Below, piece by piece: positions 50,421-63,900 of a stretch of DNA of 64,000 nt. This DNA is from Octopus sinensis (lineage: Eukaryota): assembly GCF_006345805.1 (NCBI RefSeq), contig NC_043024.1, forward strand, positions 1,612,001-1,676,000. Reading direction: 5' to 3'. The notes beneath the pieces are model-generated. The model did not search any database. It saw nothing but the letters and a program-made list of their open reading frames with translations, and had not been told where the DNA came from. The translations under genes were made by a program, and so were the position numbers. Positions within the stretch are counted from its first letter, which is position 1; the number at the start of each line of letters is the position of its first letter.

Positions 50421-50756
50421 AGCCGGGGAAAGAATGTTAAATAAAAGAGAAAAGTTCTTGGTCTCAATTTTTTTTTATTTGAGGGGAGGGGGAATGTACA
50501 TGTTTGTGGGTGAATGTGCATATGATTGCATGTGTGTGTGTGTGTGACTGGATGTGCATGCATGTATATGTCTATGTGCGTGTGTACATATATATATATA
50601 TACACGTCTTTATATGTGTGTGTGTGTGTATGTATGTATATATACATGTCTTTATGTGTGTATGTATGTATATATACATGTCTTTATGTGTGTGTGTGTG
50701 TATATATATATACATACACACACACACTTATGCATGTGTGTGTATGCAAATGCATG

Positions 50757-50791
<35 letters not shown>

Positions 50792-50794
50792 TTC

Positions 50795-51145
50795 AGTTGA
50801 ATGGGGTTAAAGCATGGTCTAATTTTTTCATGGGTTTTTTTATTCCTGTATTTAAAAATCTGTTTACAATAAAGTGTGTTAAACATAAAAAAAATATTCA
50901 ATAACGTTCATAAAATTCATCAGATTTCAAAATGCATTTAACTGACAGCTGAGTTCTTCTCTCGATTAAACACATTTTGAAATCTAATGATTACAACGAA
51001 CGTATAAAAGCACTAATTGAACTTTATGAATATTACTAAATATTGTTTGTTTTAATGTTTAACACACTTTAACATTGTAAAAAATTTTTTTCCAAACTAC
51101 AGTAATAGAAAAAGTGAAAAAACCAGACCATGTTTTAACTTTATT
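50795..51145. mobile_element. Imperfect palindromic (foldback/MITE-like) element of about 350 bp
   Basis: Paired arms: CATGGTCT/AGACCATG, TACAATAAAGTGTGTTAAACA/TGTTTAACACACTTT..ATTGTA and TCATCAGATTTCAAAATG/CATTTTGAAATCTAATGA. Confidence 0.7.
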
Positions 51146-51589
51146 CAACACCCATTTACACAAATTTGGAAAATATGTATATATATATACACACACACAT
51201 ATATATATCCCAATTTATATATCATTATGTGTGCATGTATGTATGTATGTATATATATATATATATACACACACACATTAAATATATACATACATATGTA
51301 CACACACATATATATATATACATATATACACACACGCATCATACATCCATACATATATTCTCACTTGTTCATAAAATCATCTGGTTTTATTTCTGATCCA
51401 TAAGAGACAGACAATACACAAAAACATTCATAATGAAAAAAAAAGAAAAAAAAAGTCTTTTTTTTTTTCGAGAACTGTGGGTAGAGGGGGGTGGGGAAGA
51501 TGTAAAAAAAAAAAATTAAATTTAAAATTAAAAAAAATTCCTAAATGAAATTTGAGAGAGTTCCAGCCTGATGGTGGCTGTTTCATCTC

Positions 51590-51709
51590 CTAGAGTTCGT
51601 CTCTCACAAGTGTGTAACGGTTACGTGATGGTTTTAACTTCTTAAATGTCGACTCTGGCGGACTAGTGGGTTGTTTGGCATCCTGGTCGTTGTTTGTCAT
51701 CACTTTGGT
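51590..51709 (-). CDS. ERP44: Endoplasmic reticulum resident protein 44 (thioredoxin/PDI family), last coding exon: TKVMTNNDQDAKQPTSPPESTFKKLKPSRNRYTLVRDEL*
   Basis: Strong acceptor tttttctttctcttgtttcag|ACC, phase 0, TAG at 51592-51590. The tail matches the remembered human ERp44 C-terminus (SPPESSFQKLAPSEYRYTLLRDRDEL), including the RDEL ER-retrieval signal. Upstream exons lie beyond the window. Confidence 0.9.
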   Translation of the reverse strand, partial: TKVMTNNDQDAKQPTSPPESTFKKLKPSRNRYTLVRDEL

Positions 51710-51909
51710 CTGAAACAAGAGAAAGAAAAACACCAAAATGAATTAATCACAAAGGATGCGAGAGAGAGAGAGAGAAATAGGTTGGATGGGTCTTCCAATT
51801 CTAACTTTTCATTTGGGTTTTACATGGAAATATATGTAAAGAAAATACATAAGATCAGGTAATCCCCTCACTGACCCCTATTTTGTCATTGAAACAGTAT
51901 TTGACAGGG

Positions 51910-54900
51910 TGGAAAGAAGGAAGGAAAGAAAGAGAGGGAGGGAGGAAAGAAGGAAAGAAAGAAAGAGAGGGAGGGAGAAAAGAAGGAAGGAAAGAAAGAA
52001 AGAGGGAGGGAGGAAAGAAAGGAAGGGAGGAAAGAAAGAGAAGGAAGGTAAGTAAGAAGGAAAGAAAGAGGGGAAGGGAGGGAAGAAGGAAAGAAATGTG
52101 AGGGAGTGAGGAAAGAAGGAAGGAAAGAAAGAGAGGGAGGGAGGAGAGAAGGAAGGTAAGTAAGAAGGAAAAAAAGAGAGGGAGGGAGGAAAGAAGAAAG
52201 GTAAGTAAGAAGGAAAAAAAGAGAGGGAGGGAGGAAAGAAAGAAAGAGAGGGAGGGAGGAAAGAAGGAAGGTAAGTAAGAAGGAAAGAAAGAGAGGGAGG
52301 GAGGAAAGAAAGAAAGAGAGGGAGGGGGAAAGACGGAGGTAAGAAAGAGAGGGGAGGGAGGAAAGAAGGAAGAAAGAAATAAAGAAAGAGAGGGAGGGAG
52401 AAAAGAAGGAAGGAAAGAAAGAGAGGGAGGGAAGAAGGAAGGTAAGTAAGAAGGAAAGAAAGAGAGGGAGGGAGAAAAGGAAGGAAATAAGAAAGAGAGG
52501 GAGGGAGAAAAGAAGGAAGGAAATAAGAAAGGGAGGGAGGGAGAAAAGAAGGAAGGAAATAAAGAAAGAGAGGGAGGGAGGAAAGACGGAAGGTAAGTAA
52601 GAAGGAAAGAAAGAGGGAGGGAGGAAAGAAGGAAGGAAAGAAAGAGAGGGAGGGAGAAAGAAGGAAGGTAAGTAAGAAGGAAAGAAAGAGAGGAAGGGAG
52701 AAAAGAAGGAAGGAAATAAAGAAAGAGAGGGAGGGAGGAAAGAAGGAAGGTAAGTAAGAAGGAAAGAAAAAGAGGTAGGGAGAAAAGAAGGAAGGAGGAA
52801 ATAAAGAAAAGAGGGAGGGAGGAAGAAAGAAAGAAAGAGAGGAGGGAGGAAAGAAGGAAAGAAGAAAGAAAGAGAGGGAGGGAGAAAAGAAGGAAGGAAA
52901 TAGAGAAGGAGGGAGGAAAGGACGGAAAAGAAAGAGAGGGAGGGGAAGAAAGAAGGAAGGTAAGTAAGAAGGAAAGAAGAGAGAGGAGGGAGGGAAGGGA
53001 GGAAGGAAAGAAGAAGGAAGAAGAAGAAGAAAGAGAGGGAGGGAGAAAAGGAAGAAAGAAAGAGAGAGGGAGGGAGGAAAGAAGGAAGGTAAGTAAGAAG
53101 GAAAGAAGAAAGAAAGGGCGGAAGGAAGGTAAGTAAGAAGGAAAGAAAGAGAGGGAGGGAGGAAGGAAAGAAAGAAAGAGAAAGAGGGAGCAAAGAAGGA
53201 AGGTAAGTAAGGAAAGAAAGGGAGGAAGGAAGGTAAGTAAGAAGGAAAGAAAGAGAGGGAGGGAGAAAAGGAAGAAAGAAAGAAGGAGAGAGGGGGGGGA
53301 AGAAGAAAGGTAAGTAAGAAGGAAAGAAAGAGGGAGGGAGAAGGAAGGGAGTAAGAAAGAAGGGAAGAGAGGGAGGAGGAAAGAGGAAGGAAAAAGAAAT
53401 AAAGAAAGAGAGGGAGGGAGGAAAGAAGGAAGAAAGAGGGAGAGAGGGAGGAAAGAAGGAAGAAAGAAAGAGAGGGAGGGAGAAAAGGAAGGAAATAAGA
53501 AAGAGAGGGAGGAGAAAGGAAAGAAAGAAGGAGAAGGAGAAAAAAGAAGGAAGGAAAAAGAAAGAAGGGAGGAGAGAGAAAAAGAAGGAAGGAGAGAAAG
53601 AAGGAAGGAAATAAAGAGAGGGAGGGAGGAAAGACGGAAGGTAAGTAAGAGGAAAGAAGAGAGGGAGGGAGAAAAGGAAGGAAATAAACAAAGAGAGGGA
53701 GGGAGGAAAGAAGGGAGGGAGGAAAGAAGGAAGGTAAGTAAGAAGGAAAGAAAAAGAGGTAGGGAGGAAAGAAGGAGGAAATAAAGAAAAAGAGGGAGGG
53801 AGGAAAGAAGGAAGGTAAGTAAGAAGGAAAGAAAGAGAGGGAGGGAGAAAAAGAAAGAAATAAAGAAAGAGAGGGAGGGAGGAAAGAAGGAAGGTAAGTA
53901 AGGAAAGAAAGAAAGGGAGGAAGGAGGTAAGTAGAAGGAAAGAAAGAGAGGGAGGGAAGAAGGAAGAAGAAGAGAAGAGGAAGGGAGGAAAGAAGGAAAG
54001 AAGAAAGGGAGGAAGGAAGGTAAGTAAGGAAGGAAAGAAAGAGGGAGGGAGAAAAGGAAAGAAAGAGAGAGGGAGGGAGGAAAGAAGGAAGGAAGGTAAG
54101 AAGGAAAGAAAGAAAGGGAGGGGAGGAGGAAAGACGGAAGAAAGAGAGGGAGGGAGGAAAGAGGAAGGAAGAGAGAAGAAGAGAAGGAAGGAAGAAAGAG
54201 AGGAAGGAAGGAAGAAGGAAGGGAGGAAAGAAAGAGAGGGAGTGAGGAAAGAAGGAAAGAAAGAGAGGGAGGGAGGAAAGAAGGAAAGAAGGAAGGAAAT
54301 AAAGAAAAGAGGGAGGGAGGAGGAAAGAAGGAAGGTAAGTAAGAAGGAGAGAGAGGGAGGGAGAAGGAAAGAAAGAAAGAGAAAGAGGGAGGAGGAGAAA
54401 GAAGGAAGGTAAGTAAGAAGGGAAGAAGAGAGGGAGGGAGGAGGAAAGAAAGAGAGGAGTGAGGAAAGAAGGAGGTAAGTAAGAAGGAAAGAAGAGAGGG
54501 AGGGAGAAAAGAAGGAAGGAAATAAAGAAAGAGAGGGAGGGAGGAAAGAAGGAAGGTAAGTAAGAAGGAAAGAGAGGGAGGGAGAAAAGGAAAGAAAGAA
54601 AGAGAAAGAGGGAGGGAGGGAGGAAAGAAGGAAGGTAAGTAAGGAAAGAAAGGGAGGAAGGAAGGTAAGTAAGAAGGAAAGAAAGAGAGGGATGGAGGAA
54701 AGAAGGAAGGTAAGTAAGAAGGAAAGAAAGAGAGGGAGGGAGAAAAGGAAAGAAAGAAAGAGAGAGAGAGGGAGGAGAGAGGAGAGAAGGAGGTAAGTAA
54801 GAAGGAAAGAAAAAGTGGGAGGGAGGAGAGAGAAGGAAGGTAAGTTAGAAACAGAGGGAGGGAGAAAAGAAGGAAGGAAAGAAATAAAGAAAGAGAGGGA

Positions 54901-57900
54901 GGGAGAAAAGAAGGAAGGAAGAAATAAAGAAAGAGAGGGAGGGAGGAAAGAAGGAAGGAAAGAAAGAGAGGGAGGGAGGGAGGAAAGAAGGAAGGTAAGT
55001 AAGAAGGAAAGAAAGAGAGGGAGGGAGGGAGAAAAGAAGGAAATAAGAAAGAGAGGGAGGGAGAGAAAAGGAAGAAATAAAAAAGAGAGGGAGGGAGGAA
55101 AGAAGGAGGTAAGTAAGAAGGAAAGAAAGAGGGAGGGGGGAAGAAGGAAGGAAAGAAGAGAGGGAGGGAGGAAAGAAGGAAGGAAAGAAAGAGAGGAGGG
55201 AGGAAAGAAGGAAGGTAAGTAAGAAGGAAAGAAAGAGAGGGAGGGAGGAAAGAAGAAGGAAATAAAGAAAAAGAGGGAGGGAGGAAAGAAGGAAGGTAAG
55301 TAAGAGAAGAAGGAAGGAAATAAAGAAAGAAAGAGGAGGAAGAGGAAAAAGGAAGGAAGTAAGAAGAAGAAAAGAAGAGAGAGAGGGAGGGAGGAAGAAG
55401 AAAGAAGGAAATAAGAAAGAGAGGGAGGGAGAAAAGGAAGGAAATAAGAAGAGAGGGAGGGAGGAAAGACGGAAGGAAGTAAGAAGGAAAGAAGAGAGGG
55501 AGGAAGGAAAGAAGGAAGGAAAGAAAGAGAGGGAGGGAGGAAAGAAGGAAGGAAAGAAAGAGAGGGAGGGAGGAGGAAAGAAGGAAGGTAAGTAGAAGGA
55601 AAGAAAGAAAGAGGGAGGGAGGAAAGAAGGAAGGAAGAGAAGGAAGTAAGAAGAAAGAAATAAAGAGAGGGAGGGAGGAAAGAAAGAGAGGGAGGAAAGA
55701 GAAGGAAGGTAAGTAAGAAGGAAAGAAAGAAAGGGAGGGAGGAGAGAAGGAAGGTAAGTAAGAAGGAAAGAAAGAGAGGGAGGGAGGAAAGAAGGAAGGA
55801 AAGAGGGAGTGAGGAAAGGAAGGAAAGAGAGGGAGGGAGGAAAGAAGGAAAGAAATGTGAAGGAGTGAGGAAAGAAGGAAGGAAAGAAAGAGGGAGGGAG
55901 GAGAGAAGGAAGGTAAGTAAGAAGGAAAGAAAGAAGGAAGGTAAGTAAGAAGGTAAGTAAGAAGGAAAGAAAGAAAGAGGGAGGGAGAGAGGAAAGAGAG
56001 GGAGGGAGGAAAGAGAAGGAAGGTAAGTAAGAAGGAAAGAAAAAGAGGGAGGGAGAGAGGAAAGAAAGAGAGGGAGGGAGGAAGGAAGGAAAGAGAAGGA
56101 AGGTAAGTAAGAAGGAAAGAAAGAAAGGGAGGGAGGAAAGAAGGAAGGAAAGAAAGAGAGGGAGGGAGGTAAGTTAAAAGGAAAGAAAGATAGGGAGGGA
56201 GGTAGGAAAGAAGGAAAGAAAGAAATAAAGAGAGGGAGGGTGGAAAGAAGGAAGGAAAGAAAGAGAGGGAGGGAGGAAAGAGAAGGAAGGTAAGTAAGAA
56301 GGAAAGAAAGAAAGAGGGAGGGAGGAAAGAAAGTGAGGGAGGGAGGGAGAAAAGAAGGAAGGAAAGAAAGAGAGGGAGGGAGGAAAGAGAAGGAAGGTAA
56401 GTTAAAAGGAAAGAAAGAGAGGGAGGGAGGGAGGAAAGAAGGAAGGTAAGTAAGAAGGAAAGAAAGACGGAGGGAGGAAAGAAGGAAGGTAAGTAAGAAG
56501 GAAAGAAAGAGAGGGAGGGAAAGAAGGAAAGAAAGAAAGGGAGGAAGGAAGGAAGGTAAGTAAGAAGGAAAGAGAGGCAGGGAGAAAAGGAAAGAAAGAG
56601 AGAGGGAGGGAGGAAAGAAGGAAGGTAAGTAAGAAGGAAAGAAAGAAAGGGAGGGAGGAAAGACGGAAAGAAAGAGAGGGAGGGAGGAAAGAAGGAAGGT
56701 AAGTAAGAAGGGAAGAAAGAGGGAGGGAGGAAAGAAAGAGAGGGAGTGAGGAAAGAAGGAAGGTAAGTAAGAAGGAAAGAAAGAGAGGGAGGGAGAAAAG
56801 AAGGAAGGAAATAAAGAGAGGGAGGGAGGAAAGAAGGAAGGTAAGTAAGGAAAGAAAGGGAGGAAGGAAGGTAAGTAAGAAGGAAAGAAAGAGAGGGATG
56901 GAGGAAAGAAGGAAGGTAAGTAAGAAGGAAAGAAAGAGAGGGAGGGAGAAAAGGAAAGAAAGAAAGAGAGAGAGGGAGGGAGGAAAGAAGGAAGGTAAGT
57001 AAGAAGAAAAGAAAGAGTGGGAGGGAGGAGAGAAGGAAGGAAGGTAAGTAAGAAAGAGAGGGAGGGAGAAAAGAAGGAAGGAAAGAAATAAAGAAAGAGA
57101 GGGAGGGAGAAAGAAGGAAGGAAAGAAAGAGAGGGAGGGAGGGAGGAAAGAAGGAAGGTAAGTAAGAAGGAAAGAAAGAGAGGGAGGGAGAAAAGGAAGG
57201 AAATAAGAAAGAGAGGAGGGAGAAAAGAAGGAAGGAATAAAAAGAGAGGGAGGAGGAAAAGAAGGAAGGAAATAAGAAAGAGAGGGGGGAGGGAGGAGGA
57301 AGGAAAAGGAAAGACGGAAGGAAGGAGAAGGAAGGAAAGAGAGGGAGGGAGGAAAGAAGGAAGGAAAGAAAGAGAGGGAGGGAGGAAAGAAGGAAGGTAA
57401 GTAAGAAGGAAAGAAAGAGAGGGAGGGAGAAAAGAAGGAAGGAAATAAAGAAAGAGAGGGAGGGAGGAAAGAAGGAAGGTAAGTAAGAAGGAAAGAAAAA
57501 GAGGTAGGGAGAAAAGAAGGAAGGAAAGAAAGAAAAAGAGGGAGGGAGGAAAGAAGGAAGGTAAGTAAGAAGGAAAGAAAGAGAGGGAAGAAGGAAAGAA
57601 ATAAAGAAAGAGAAGGAGGGAGGGGAAGAGGAAAAGAGGAAGAAAGAGAGGGAGGGAGGAAAGAAGGAAGGTAAAATGAAGGAAAGAAAGAGAGGGAGGG
57701 AGGAAAGAAGGAGGTAAGGTAAGTAAGAAGGAAAGAAAGAGAGGGAGGAGAAAAGGAAGAAAGAAAGAGAAGAGAGGGAAGGGAGGGAGGAAGGAAAAGA
57801 AGGAAGGTAAGAAGAGAAAGAAAGAAAGGGCGAAGGAAGGTAAGTAAGAAGGAAAGAAAGAGAGGGAGGGAGAAAAGGAAGAAGAAAGAGAAAGAGAGAG

Positions 57901-60900
57901 GGAGAGGAGAAGGAAAGAAGGAAGGAAGGTAAGTAAGGAGAAGAAAGGAGGAAGGAAGGTAAGTAAAAGAAAGAAAGAGGGATGGAGGAAAGAAGGAAGG
58001 TAAGTAAGAAGGAAAGAAAGAGGGAGGGAGAGAAAAGGAAAGAAAGAAAGAGAGGGAGGGGGAGGAAAGAAGAAAGAAAAGGTAAGAAGGAAAGAAAGAG
58101 TGGGAGGGAGGAGAGAAGGAAGGTAAGTAAGAAAGAGAGGGAGGGGAAAAGAAGGAAGGAAGAATAAAGAAAGAGAGGGGAGGGAGGAAGAAGGAAGGAA
58201 GAAAGACGAGAGGGAGGAAAGAAGGAAGGTAAGTAAGAAGGAAAGAAAGAGAGGGAGGGAGAAAAGGAAGGAAATAAAAAGAGAGGGGAGGGAGAAAGAA
58301 GGAAGGAATAAGAAAGAGAGAGAGGGAGGGAGAAAAGAAGGAAGGAAATAAGAAAGAGAGGGAGGGAGAAAAGAAGGAAGGAAATAAAGAGAGGGAGGGA
58401 GGAAAGACGGAAGGTAAGTAAGAAGAAAGAAGAGAGGGAGGGAGAAAAGGAAGGAAATAAAAAAGAGGTAGGGAGGAAAAGAGGGGAGGAAAGGAAGGTA
58501 AGTAAGAAGGAAGAAAAAGAGGTAGGGAGAAAGAGAAGGAAATAAAGAAAAGAGGAGGGAGAAAAGGAAGGTAAGTAAGAAGAAAGAAGAGAGGGAGGGA
58601 GAAAAGAAAGAAATAAAGAAAGAGAGGAGGGAGGAAAGAAGGAAGTAAGTAAGGAAAGAAAGAAAGGGAGGAAGGAAGTAAGTAAGAAGGAAAGAAAGAG
58701 AGGAGGGAAAGAAGGAAAGAAGAAAGAGAGAGAAGGGAGGAAAGAAGGAAAGAAGGAGAAGGAAGGTAAGTAAGAGAAGAAGAGAGGGAGGGAGAAAGGA
58801 AAAAAAAGAAAGGGAGGGAGAAAAGGAAGGTAAGAAGAAGGAAAGAAGGAAGGGAGGAGGAAAGACGGAAAGAAAGAGAGGGAGGGAGGAAGAAGGAAGG
58901 TAAGTAAGAAGGAAGAAGAGAGGAGGGAGGAAAGAAAGAGGGAGTGAGGAAAGAAGAAAGAAAGAAGAGGGAGAAAAGAAGGAAGAAAAAAGAAAGAGGG
59001 AGGGAGGAAAGAAGGAAGGTAGTAAGGAGGAAAGAGAGGGAGGGAGAAAAGGAAAGAAGAAAGAGAAAGAGGGAGGGAGGGAGAGAGGAGGTAAGTAAGA
59101 AGGGAGAAAGAGAGGGAGGGAGGAAGAAAGAGAGGGAGTGAGGAAAGAAGGAAGGTAAGTAGAAGAAAGAAGAGAGGGAGGGAGAAAGAAGAAGGAAATA
59201 ATAAAGAAAGAGAGGGAGGGAGGAAAGAAGAAGGTAAGTAAGAAGGAAAGAGAGGGAGGGAGAAAAGGAAAGAAAGAAAGAGAAAGAGGAGGGAGGGAGG
59301 AAGGAAGGAAGGTAAGTAAGGAAGAAGGAGGAAGGAAGGTAAGTAAGAGGAAAAAGAGAGGATGGAGGAAAGAAGGAAGGTAAGTAAGAAGAAGAAAGAG
59401 AGGGAGGGAGAAAAGGAAAGAAAGAAAGAGAGAGAGAGGGAGGAGAAGGAAGGTAAGTAAGAAGGAAAAAAAAGTGGGAGGGAGGAGAGAAGGAAGGTAA
59501 GTTAGAAACAGAGGGAGGGAGAAAGAAGGAAGGAGAAATAAAGAAGAGAGGGAGGGAGAAAAGAAGGAAGGAAAGAAATAAGAAACGAGAGGAGGGAGGA
59601 AAGAAGAAGGAAAGAAAGAGGGAGGGAGGGAGGAAAGAAGGAAGGTAAGTAAGAAGGAAAGAAAGAGAGGGAGGGAGGGAGAAAGAAGAATAAGAAGAGA
59701 GGGAGGAGAAAAATGAAGAAATAAGAAAGAGGGAGGAGGAAGACGGAAGGTAAGTAAAAAGGAAAGAAAGAGGGAGGAGGAAGAGGAAGGAAGGAAGAGA
59801 GGGGAGGGAGGAAAGAAGAAGGAAAGAAGAGAGGAGGGAGGAAAGAAGGAAGGTAAGAAGGAAAGAAGAGAGGGAGGGAGAAAAGAAGGAAGAAATAAAG
59901 AAAAAGAGGGAGGGAGGAGAAAAGAAGGAAGGTAAGTAAGGAAAGAAAGAAAGGGAGGAAGGAGGTAAGTAGAAGGAAAGAAAGAGAGGGAGGGAAGAAG
60001 GAAGAAGAAGAGAAGAGGAAGGGAGGAAAGAAGGAAAGAAGAAAGGGAGGAAGGAAGGTAAGTAAGGAAGGAAAGAAAGAGGGAGGGAGAAAAGGAAAGA
60101 AAGAGAGAGGGAGGGAGGAAAGAAGGAAGGAAGGTAAGAAGGAAAGAAAGAAAGGGAGGGGAGGAGGAAAGACGGAAGAAAGAGAGGGAGGGAGGAAAGA
60201 GGAAGGAAGAGAGAAGAAGAGAAGGAAGGAAGAAAGAGAGGAAGGAAGGAAGAAGGAAGGGAGGAAAGAAAGAGAGGGAGTGAGGAAAGAAGGAAAGAAA
60301 GAGAGGGAGGGAGGAAAGAAGGAAAGAAGGAAGGAAATAAAGAAAAGAGGGAGGGAGGAGGAAAGAAGGAAGGTAAGTAAGAAGGAGAGAGAGGGAGGGA
60401 GAAGGAAAGAAAGAAAGAGAAAGAGGGAGGAGGAGAAAGAAGGAAGGTAAGTAAGAAGGGAAGAAGAGAGGGAGGGAGGAGGAAAGAAAGAGAGGAGTGA
60501 GGAAAGAAGGAGGTAAGTAAGAAGGAAAGAAGAGAGGGAGGGAGAAAAGAAGGAAGGAAATAAAGAAAGAGAGGGAGGGAGGAAAGAAGGAAGGTAAGTA
60601 AGAAGGAAAGAGAGGGAGGGAGAAAAGGAAAGAAAGAAAGAGAAAGAGGGAGGGAGGGAGGAAAGAAGGAAGGTAAGTAAGGAAAGAAAGGGAGGAAGGA
60701 AGGTAAGTAAGAAGGAAAGAAAGAGAGAGATGGAGGAAAGAAGGAAGGTAAGTAAGAAGGAAAGAAAGAGAGGGAGGGAGAAAAGGAAAGAAAGAAAGAG
60801 AGAGAGAGGGAGGAGAGAGGAGAGAAGGAGGTAAGTAAGAAGGAAAGAAAAAGTGGGAGGGAGGAGAGAAGGAAGGTAAGTTAGAAACAGAGGGAGGGAG

Positions 60901-63900
60901 AAAAGAAGGAAGGAAAGAAATAAAGAAAGAGAGGGAGGGAGAAAAGAAGGAAGGAAAGAAATAAAGAAAGAGAGGGAGGGAGGAAAGAAGGAAGGAAAGA
61001 AAGAGAGGGAGGGAGGGAGGAAAGAAGGAAGGTAAGTAAGAAGGAAAGAAAGAGAGGGAGGGAGGGAGAAAAGAAGGAAATAAGAAAGAGAGGGAGGGAG
61101 AAAAGGAAGAAATAAAAAAGAGAGGGAGGGAGGAAAGAAGGAGGTAAGTAAGAAGGAAAGAAAGAGGGAGGGGGGAAGAAGGAAGGAAAGAAAGAGAGGG
61201 AGGGAGGAAAGAAGGAAGGAAAGAAAGAGAGGGAGGGAGGAAAGAAGGAAGGTAAGTAAGAAGGAAAGAAAGAGAGGGAGGGAGGAAAGAAGAAGGAAAT
61301 AAAGAAAAAGAGGGAGGGAGGAAAGAAGGAAGGTAAGTAAGAGAAGAAGGAAGGAAATAAAGAAAGAAAGAGGAGGAAGAGGAAAAAGGAAGGAAGTAAG
61401 AAGAAGAAAAGAAGAGAGAGAGGGAGGGAGGAAGAAGAAAGAAGGAAATAAGAAAGAGAGGGAGGGAGAAAAGGAAGGAAATAAGAAGAGAGGGAGGGAG
61501 GAAAGACGGAAGGAAGTAAGAAGGAAAGAAGAGAGGGAGGAAGGAAAGAAGGAAGGAAAGAAAGAGAGGGAGGGAGGAAAGAAGGAAGGAAAGAAAGAGA
61601 GGGAGGGAGGAGGAAAGAAGGAAGGTAAGTAGAAGGAAAGAAAGAAAGAGAGGGAGGGAGAAAAGAAGGAAGGAAATAAAGAAAAGAGGAGGGAGGAGGA
61701 AAGAAGGAAGGTAAGTAAGAAGGCAAAAAGAAGGAAGGAAAAAGAAAGAGAAGGAAGGAGGAAAGAAGGAAGGTAAGTAAAAAGGAAAGAAAGAGAGGGA
61801 GGGAGAAAAGAAGGAAGGAAATAAAGAAAGAGAAGGAGGGAGGAAAGACGGAAAGAAAGAGAGGGAGGGAGGAAAGAAGGAAGGTAAGTAAGAAGGAAAG
61901 AAAGAGAGGGAGGGAGAAAAGGAAAGAAAGAAAGAGAGAGGGAGGGAGGAAAGAAGGAAGGTAAGTAAGAAGGAAAGAAAGAAAGGGCGGAAGGAAGGTA
62001 AGTAAGAAGGAAAGAAAGAGAGGGAGGGAGAAAAGGAAAGAAAGAAAGAGAAAGAGGGAGGGAGGGAGGAAAGAAGGAAGGTAAGTAAGGAAAGAAAGGG
62101 AGGAATGAAGGTAAGTAAGAAGGAAAGAAAGATGGATGGAGGAAAGAAGGAAGGTAAGTTAGAAGGAAAGAAAGAGAGGGAGGGAGAAAAGGAAAGAAAG
62201 AAAGAGAGAGAGGGAGGGAGGAAAGAAGAAAGGTAAGTAAGAAGGAAAGAAAGAGTGGGAGGGAGGAGAGAAGGAAGGTAAGTAAGAAAGAGAGGGAGTG
62301 AGAAAAGAAGGAAGGAAAGAAATAAAGAAAGAGAGGGAGGGAAGAAGGAAGGAAGAAGAGGAGGGAGGAGGAAAGAAGGAAGGAAGAAAGAGAGGGAGTG
62401 AGGAAGAAGGAGGTAAGGTAAGAAGGAAAGAAAGAGAGGGAGGGAGAAAAGGAAGGAAATAAAGAAAGAGAGGAGAGAGGAAAGAAGGAAGGTAAGTAAG
62501 AAGGAAAGAAAAAGAGGTAGGGAGAAAAGAAGGAAGGAAATAAAGAAAAAAGAGGGAGGGAGGAAGAAGGAAGGTAAGTAAGAAGGAAAGAAAGAGAGGG
62601 AGGGAGGAAAGAAAAGAGAGGGAGGAAAGAAGGAAAGAAAGAAAGAGAGAGAGGGAGGGAGGAAAGAAGGAAAGAAAGAAAGGGGGAAGGAAGGTAAGTA
62701 AGAAGGAAAGAAAGAGAGGGAGGAGGAAAGAAGAAGGTAAGTAAGAAGGAAGAAAGGGAGGGAGGAAAGACGGAAAGAAGAAGGGAGGGAGGAAGAAGAA
62801 AGTAAGTAAGAAGGGAAGAAAGAGGGAGGGAGGAAGAAGAAAAGAAAGAGAGGGAGGGAGAAAAGAAGGAAGAAATAAAGAAAGAGAGGGAGGGAGGAAA
62901 GAAGGAAGGTAAGTAAGAAGGAAGAGGGGAGGGAAAAAGGAAAGAAAGAAAGAGAAAGAGGGAGGAGGGAGGAAAGAAGGAAGGTAAGTAAGGAAAGAAA
63001 GGGAGGAAGGAAGGTAAGTAGAGGAAGAAAGAAAGAGAGATGGAGGAAAGAAGGAAGGTAAGTAAGAAGGAAAGAAAGAGAGGGAGGGAGAAAAGGAAAG
63101 AAAGAAGAGAGAGAGAGAGGGAGGAAAGAAGGAAGGTAAGTAAGAAGGAAAGAAAGAGTGGGAGGGAGGAGAGAAGGAAGGTAAGTTAGAAAGAGAGGGA
63201 GGGAGAAAAGAAGGAAGGAAAGAAATAAAGAAAGAGAGGGAGGGAGAAAGAAGGAAGGAAAAAATAAAGAAAGAAGAGGGAGGGAGGAAAGAAGGAAGGA
63301 AAGAAAGAGAGGGGAGGGAGGAAAAAGGAAGGTAAGTAAGAAGGAAAGAAAGAGAAGGAGGGAGAGAAAAAGAAGGAAATAAGAAGAGAGGGAGGGAGAA
63401 AAGGAAGGAAATAAAGAAAGAGAGGGAGGGAGGAAAGAGGAGGTAAAAGAAGGAAAGAAAGGAGGAGGGAGGAAAGAAGGAAGGAAAGAAAGAGAGAGGG
63501 AGGAAAGAAGGAAGGAAAGAAAGAGAGGGAGGGAGAAAGAAGGAAGGAATAAAGAAAGAGAGGGAGGGAGGAAAGAAGGAAGGTAAGTAAGAAGGAAAGA
63601 AAAAGAGGTAGGGAGAAAAGAAGGAAGGAAATAAAGAAAAAGAGGGAGGGAGGAAAGAAGGAAGGTAAGTAAGAAGGAAAGAAAGAGAGGGAGGGAGGAA
63701 AGAAGGAAGGAAATAAAGAAAGAGAAGGAGGGAGGAAAGAAGGAAGGTAAGTAAAAAGGAAAGAAAGAGAGGGAGGGAGAAAAGAAGGAAGGAAATAAAG
63801 AAAGAGAAGGAGGGAGGAAAGACGGAAAGAAAGAGAGGGAGGGAGGAAAGAAGGAAGGTAAGTAAGAAGGAAAGAAAGAGAGGGAGGGAGAAAAGGAAAG

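Noticed and set aside
51886-53691. 601-aa F/L/S/P-rich ORF, plus the other satellite ORFs (54815-55222, 57982-58167, 58944-59141, 60881-61726)
   Set aside because: They are translations of a pyrimidine/purine satellite that lacks stop codons by composition, and they lie inside the ERP44 intron.
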